Below, in pieces: positions 43,797 through 46,852 of a DNA stretch of 46,852 bases. Both the position numbers and the translations under genes were made by a program. Position 1 is the stretch's first letter; each line of letters opens with the position of its first letter. The stretch is from Planctomycetes bacterium UBA1146. Lineage in GTDB: Bacteria > Planctomycetota > UBA8108 > UBA1146. The notes beneath the pieces were generated by a model. It saw only the letters and a program-made list of their open reading frames with translations, was not told where the DNA came from and searched no databases. The DNA is taken from the NCBI GenBank assembly GCA_963694575.1, contig CAVOEM010000002.1, positions 1 through 46,852 on the forward strand, in the 5' to 3' direction.

Positions 43797-44740
43797 ATCA
43801 GCCATCGAGTCCATCGCTGAACTCTTCGAAACCTCAGGGAGTAGGAGTCTGGTGGCTTCTGGCTCTCGGTATTTTCGGTGTCTCCACATCGACATTGTGG
43901 ATCCGTCTTTCCGATAGCGATGAGGTCAACCTGGCATTCCGTCGGCTACTGCTGGCGGCTCCGGTGTTGTGGTGGTTCGCATGGAGGAGCGGCAAGCAGC
44001 CGTCGCTTCGGACGGCGAGTCGATCGGTTTCCATCGCGGGAGTCTGCCTGGCGATTCACTTCGGTGCCTGGATGGCGTCGTTGCAATTTCTCTCGGTGGC
44101 GACATCTGTGGTGCTGGTGTACGTCCATCCGGTGATCGTCTACTCCATCGAGGTGATGAGGAGACAGGCGCGAGCCGATGGGTTGCGACTGGTAGGGGTG
44201 GTCGTGACTCTGATCGGAACCTGGATCCTGACCGAGGCTGCCAGAGATTCAACTCACGGTGATCAGTCGTTGCTGGGGATTGCGCTGGCGCTGATCGGAT
44301 CGGTGGCCTTCGTCGGCTATATCTTTGCCGGACGGGCCGCCACTCTGAAACTATCCACCGCAGTCTATACCAGTCGAGCCTACTCGGTTGCGGCTCTGGT
44401 ACTGGCGGGCTATCTGATCATCTCCGGTATCTGCGGAACTTCTCGAGGATTGCTTCCTCCGGAAAATGGAGATGAATGGATGCTGGCGGCGATGCTGGCT
44501 CTGTTTCCAACCCTGCTGGGGCATACTCCGCTCAATGCAGCGCTACGCCACTTGCCGCCATCGGTGGTCTCGACGGCGTTTCTCGGCGAGGTGGCGGTGG
44601 CTCCGATGATCGTGTGGATCTATCCGGGATTGAGGGAAGCTCCCCCGGAGGCGTTCTGGTCCGGAGGACCACTGGTGGTCGTGGGAATCCTGACGGTGGT
44701 GTGGCGGGGAAGTCGGGCCCCATCGACGGGCTTGAAGTGA
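43793..44740 (+). CDS. EamA/DMT-superfamily membrane transporter
   Basis: The TTG start overlaps the ALDH stop (TTGA). About 10 hydrophobic segments form two EamA-like halves (WWLLALGIFGVSTSTLWIRL... and LLGIALALIGSVAFVGYIFAGR...). Confidence 0.75.
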   Translation: MNQPSSPSLNSSKPQGVGVWWLLALGIFGVSTSTLWIRLSDSDEVNLAFRRLLLAAPVLWWFAWRSGKQPSLRTASRSVSIAGVCLAIHFGAWMASLQFLSVATSVVLVYVHPVIVYSIEVMRRQARADGLRLVGVVVTLIGTWILTEAARDSTHGDQSLLGIALALIGSVAFVGYIFAGRAATLKLSTAVYTSRAYSVAALVLAGYLIISGICGTSRGLLPPENGDEWMLAAMLALFPTLLGHTPLNAALRHLPPSVVSTAFLGEVAVAPMIVWIYPGLREAPPEAFWSGGPLVVVGILTVVWRGSRAPSTGLK

Positions 44741-44768
44741 CGAGAGCGAGGATTGCTGAGGAGTGGGT

Positions 44769-45092
44769 TCAGTCTGATTTCTGAATCAATCGCAGCAAGA
44801 GGCCCAGCGCCAGCCAAACCAGGATCACTTCCCTAGTGGGGAGGAATAACGTGGAAATAAATCCCAAAAGCAGCAAGCCGATGGTCAGCAAGCCGATTCT
44901 TCTGAGGCGTTCACTCTTGCTGTTTTGAGTTGAATCAGGCATCGAGGATGATTCGGGCAGCTCGATCGATGAGTACTCGATCTCGGCAGAGTCCTGCCAT
45001 CCCGTCTCGAAATCGCTGCCGCAAGACTTGCAGCAGATGCTACGCGGCATCACCGGCGATCCGCAGTGGGGGCAATCCTCGAGTTCCATCAC
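44769..45092 (-). CDS. Small zinc-ribbon membrane protein, function unknown
   Basis: The N-terminus has CPHCGSPV..x..CCKSCGSDF (two CxxC pairs). The C-terminal half has two hydrophobic segments (IGLLTIGLLLLGFISTLFL, VILVWLALGLLLRLI). Confidence 0.55.
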   Translation of the reverse strand: MMELEDCPHCGSPVMPRSICCKSCGSDFETGWQDSAEIEYSSIELPESSSMPDSTQNSKSERLRRIGLLTIGLLLLGFISTLFLPTREVILVWLALGLLLRLIQKSD

Positions 45093-45141
45093 CGCAACTT
45101 CCTACTCGACTGAGCTTCGCCGATTCAGCGTAGCATGAGAA

Positions 45142-45178
45142 AGGCCCGGGATCCCCATGGAAGAGGACCCTCGGGCCT
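45142..45178 (-). terminator. GC-rich imperfect hairpin downstream of clpC (weak candidate intrinsic terminator)
   Basis: aggcccg (45142-45148) pairs with cgggcct (45172-45178), with further partial pairing inside. On the minus-strand RNA the hairpin is followed by UUCUCAUG, only a weak U-tract. It lies 34 nt after the clpC stop. Confidence 0.3.
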
Positions 45179-45211
45179 GGCGGGCTCTGTCTCGGATTCT
45201 TGTTGTTCGCT

Positions 45212-46852
45212 TCAGTTGACCTTGTCTTGCTCTTCGATAACGACAGACACCTGTTGGTCTGGCTTGAGGGTGACCTTTACCAGTCCTCCGCTGTTGAGTT
45301 TTCCATCGAGGATCAGATCGGCGATTCGATCCTGGAGATTATCTTCCAGTACTCTGCGTAGGCCTCGGGCACCGGTTCCGGGAGCAGAACCTGCGCGTAC
45401 CAGGTGCAACTTTGCCGCTTCCTCGATGTGAATCTTCAGATCCAATCCTGCGATCCGGGCTTCCAGCTTGGCGACTTCCAGATCGAGGATCTGTACCAGT
45501 TCCGCCTCTGAAAACTCGTTGAAGACCACCACTTCATCCACACGGTTGAGGAACTCTGGACGGAAGAAGGACTTCACCGCTTCAAGCACAGCAGTTTTCG
45601 AAGCACTCTGGTCCTCTTGAGATTCACCGAATCCGAGGGAAGCACGGTTTTCAGCTTCTCTCACTCCGAGGTTCGAAGTGAACACCACGATGGTGTTGCG
45701 GAAATCGACCTTGCGACCGAAGGCGTCGGTCAGACGACCTTCTTCCAGCACTTGAAGAAGAGTATTCGAGATGTCGGTGTGTGCCTTCTCGATCTCGTCG
45801 AAGAGCACCACCATGTATGGCTTTCTCCGGACCTTTTCGGTCAACAGGCCTCCCTCATCGTATCCGACGTATCCAGGAGGGGATCCGATCAGGCGCGAGA
45901 TGGAGTGCTTCTCTGCGTATTCCGACATGTCGATCGAGAGCAACGCGTCTTCAGTCCCGAACAAGAACTTGGCCAGGGATTTGGCGACGAGAGTTTTTCC
46001 AACACCTGTGGGGCCGACGAATACGAAAGAACCCATCGGGCGCTGGGGATCTCTGAGACCTGCTCTGGCACGACGTGTGGCACGGCTGATCGAGTTGATC
46101 GCATGATCTTGGCTCACGACATCGAGGTGGATGGTTTCTTCCATCTTCTTCAGGCGGGTCGCTTCCTCCTCCTGGAGATTCTGGATCGGCACACCAGTCA
46201 TCTCGGAGACAGTGTAGGAGATGCTCGAGCTATCCACCTTGCCGTCGACTTCCTTGGCACTGTCTTTCCAATCCTGAATCACCTGAGACTTGTAGTTCTT
46301 GCGATTCTCAAGTTGATCGCGAATCTCTGCAGCCAACTCGAAATCCTGTGAGAACACGGCCTCGTTCTTCTCGCGTTGCAGTTGCTCGATCTGAGCCTCG
46401 ACTTCTGTGAGGTCGGGTGGACGGGTGGTCCGCTGCAATCGTTCGCGGGAACAGGCTTCGTCTAGAACATCGATCGCCTTGTCCGGAAGGAACCTGTTGG
46501 AGATGTAGCGGATCGACAGATCTACGGAGGACTCGAGGGCACAGTCAGTGATTTGAACGCGGTGATGCGCCTCGAAAGTGTCACGCAGTCCGGTCAAGAT
46601 CTCCAGAGCATCGTCCCGGTTGGGCGGGTCAACGATGATCGGTTGGAAGCGACGCTCCATGGCGCCGTCCTTTTCGATGTGCTTGCGGTATTCATCGAGG
46701 GTGGTGGCACCGATGCACTGGATCTCGCCCCTCGAGAGGGCGGGCTTCAGAATGTTGGAAGCATCGAGACTCGACTCGGATGCTCCAGCACCCATGAGGG
46801 TGTGCAGTTCATCGACGAACAGGATCACATTTCCAGACTCGGAAATCTCCTT
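45212..46852 (-). CDS. clpC: ATP-dependent Clp protease ATP-binding subunit ClpC (partial; N-terminus lies beyond the right edge)
   Basis: The frame stays open from 46828 to the window end (..[17 protein letters not shown]). AAA-1 remnant is [23 protein letters not shown]. The UVR-like linker [16 protein letters not shown] is characteristic of ClpC. AAA-2 has Walker A GPTGVGKT and Walker [12 protein letters not shown], plus [10 protein letters not shown]. Confidence 0.9.
   Translation of the reverse strand, partial: KEISESGNVILFVDELHTLMGAGASESSLDASNILKPALSRGEIQCIGATTLDEYRKHIEKDGAMERRFQPIIVDPPNRDDALEILTGLRDTFEAHHRVQITDCALESSVDLSIRYISNRFLPDKAIDVLDEACSRERLQRTTRPPDLTEVEAQIEQLQREKNEAVFSQDFELAAEIRDQLENRKNYKSQVIQDWKDSAKEVDGKVDSSSISYTVSEMTGVPIQNLQEEEATRLKKMEETIHLDVVSQDHAINSISRATRRARAGLRDPQRPMGSFVFVGPTGVGKTLVAKSLAKFLFGTEDALLSIDMSEYAEKHSISRLIGSPPGYVGYDEGGLLTEKVRRKPYMVVLFDEIEKAHTDISNTLLQVLEEGRLTDAFGRKVDFRNTIVVFTSNLGVREAENRASLGFGESQEDQSASKTAVLEAVKSFFRPEFLNRVDEVVVFNEFSEAELVQILDLEVAKLEARIAGLDLKIHIEEAAKLHLVRAGSAPGTGARGLRRVLEDNLQDRIADLILDGKLNSGGLVKVTLKPDQQVSVVIEEQDKVN

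Noticed and set aside
1-46852. Search for CRISPR arrays, tRNA/rRNA/tmRNA/SRP RNA, IS elements, integrases, toxin-antitoxin pairs and defence-system genes
   Set aside because: I found no spaced direct-repeat arrays, no cloverleaf-like segments in the few intergenic gaps (the largest are 273, 226, 225, 186 and 178 bp), no transposase- or recombinase-like ORFs and no small paired ORFs. Absence is judged by eye only.

Overview
This 46,852-bp chromosomal segment reads like a PVC-superphylum genome, most likely Planctomycetota. The evidence is a giant PSCyt1-WD40-PSCyt2(DUF1549)-PSD1(DUF1553) protein beside its usual DUF1501 partner, Tat-signal Gfo/Idh/MocA and xylose-isomerase-like proteins, and a PmoA-family/DUF6807-like lipoprotein. 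I support 34 protein-coding genes at very high coding density. Two genes are cut by the window edges, and one of them (1-1306, minus strand) is missing from the ORF track. Other features are an in-frame 12-bp tandem repeat, a lysine-tail low-complexity repeat, a candidate operator made of direct repeats and a weak terminator hairpin. I saw no rRNA, tRNA, CRISPR array, transposase, integrase, phage gene or recognisable transcription factor. Housekeeping genes are topA, mutM, icd and clpC (partial). Accessory content falls into four blocks. (i) A minus-strand enolase-superfamily/SDR/ALDH/RidA catabolic operon (1324-5179). (ii) Two tandem CRTAC1-like FG-GAP/UnbV paralogs with Cys-rich dockerin-like tails (7852-12097). 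(iii) The PSCyt/PSD + DUF1501 pair (12209-18910). (iv) A 17-gene co-directional string (25227-44740) that contains all four enzymes of bacterial trans-4-hydroxy-L-proline degradation, split apart by other genes, several of them translationally coupled and uncharacterised. These interrupting genes are a 469-aa divergent enolase-superfamily protein, an OYE-like flavoenzyme, an Nramp-fold transporter that has lost the metal-binding residues, a DUF993-like protein, a GT4 glycosyltransferase and a BtuFDC-type importer; one of the pathway enzymes is itself an unusual HcnA/HcnB-like fusion. The embedded enolase/OYE/Nramp/DUF993 module is my best candidate for an undescribed system, probably catabolism of an imino- or amino-acid derivative. 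All family assignments come from reading motifs by eye. No database search, HMM scan or structure prediction was run, so functions beyond family level are hypotheses.
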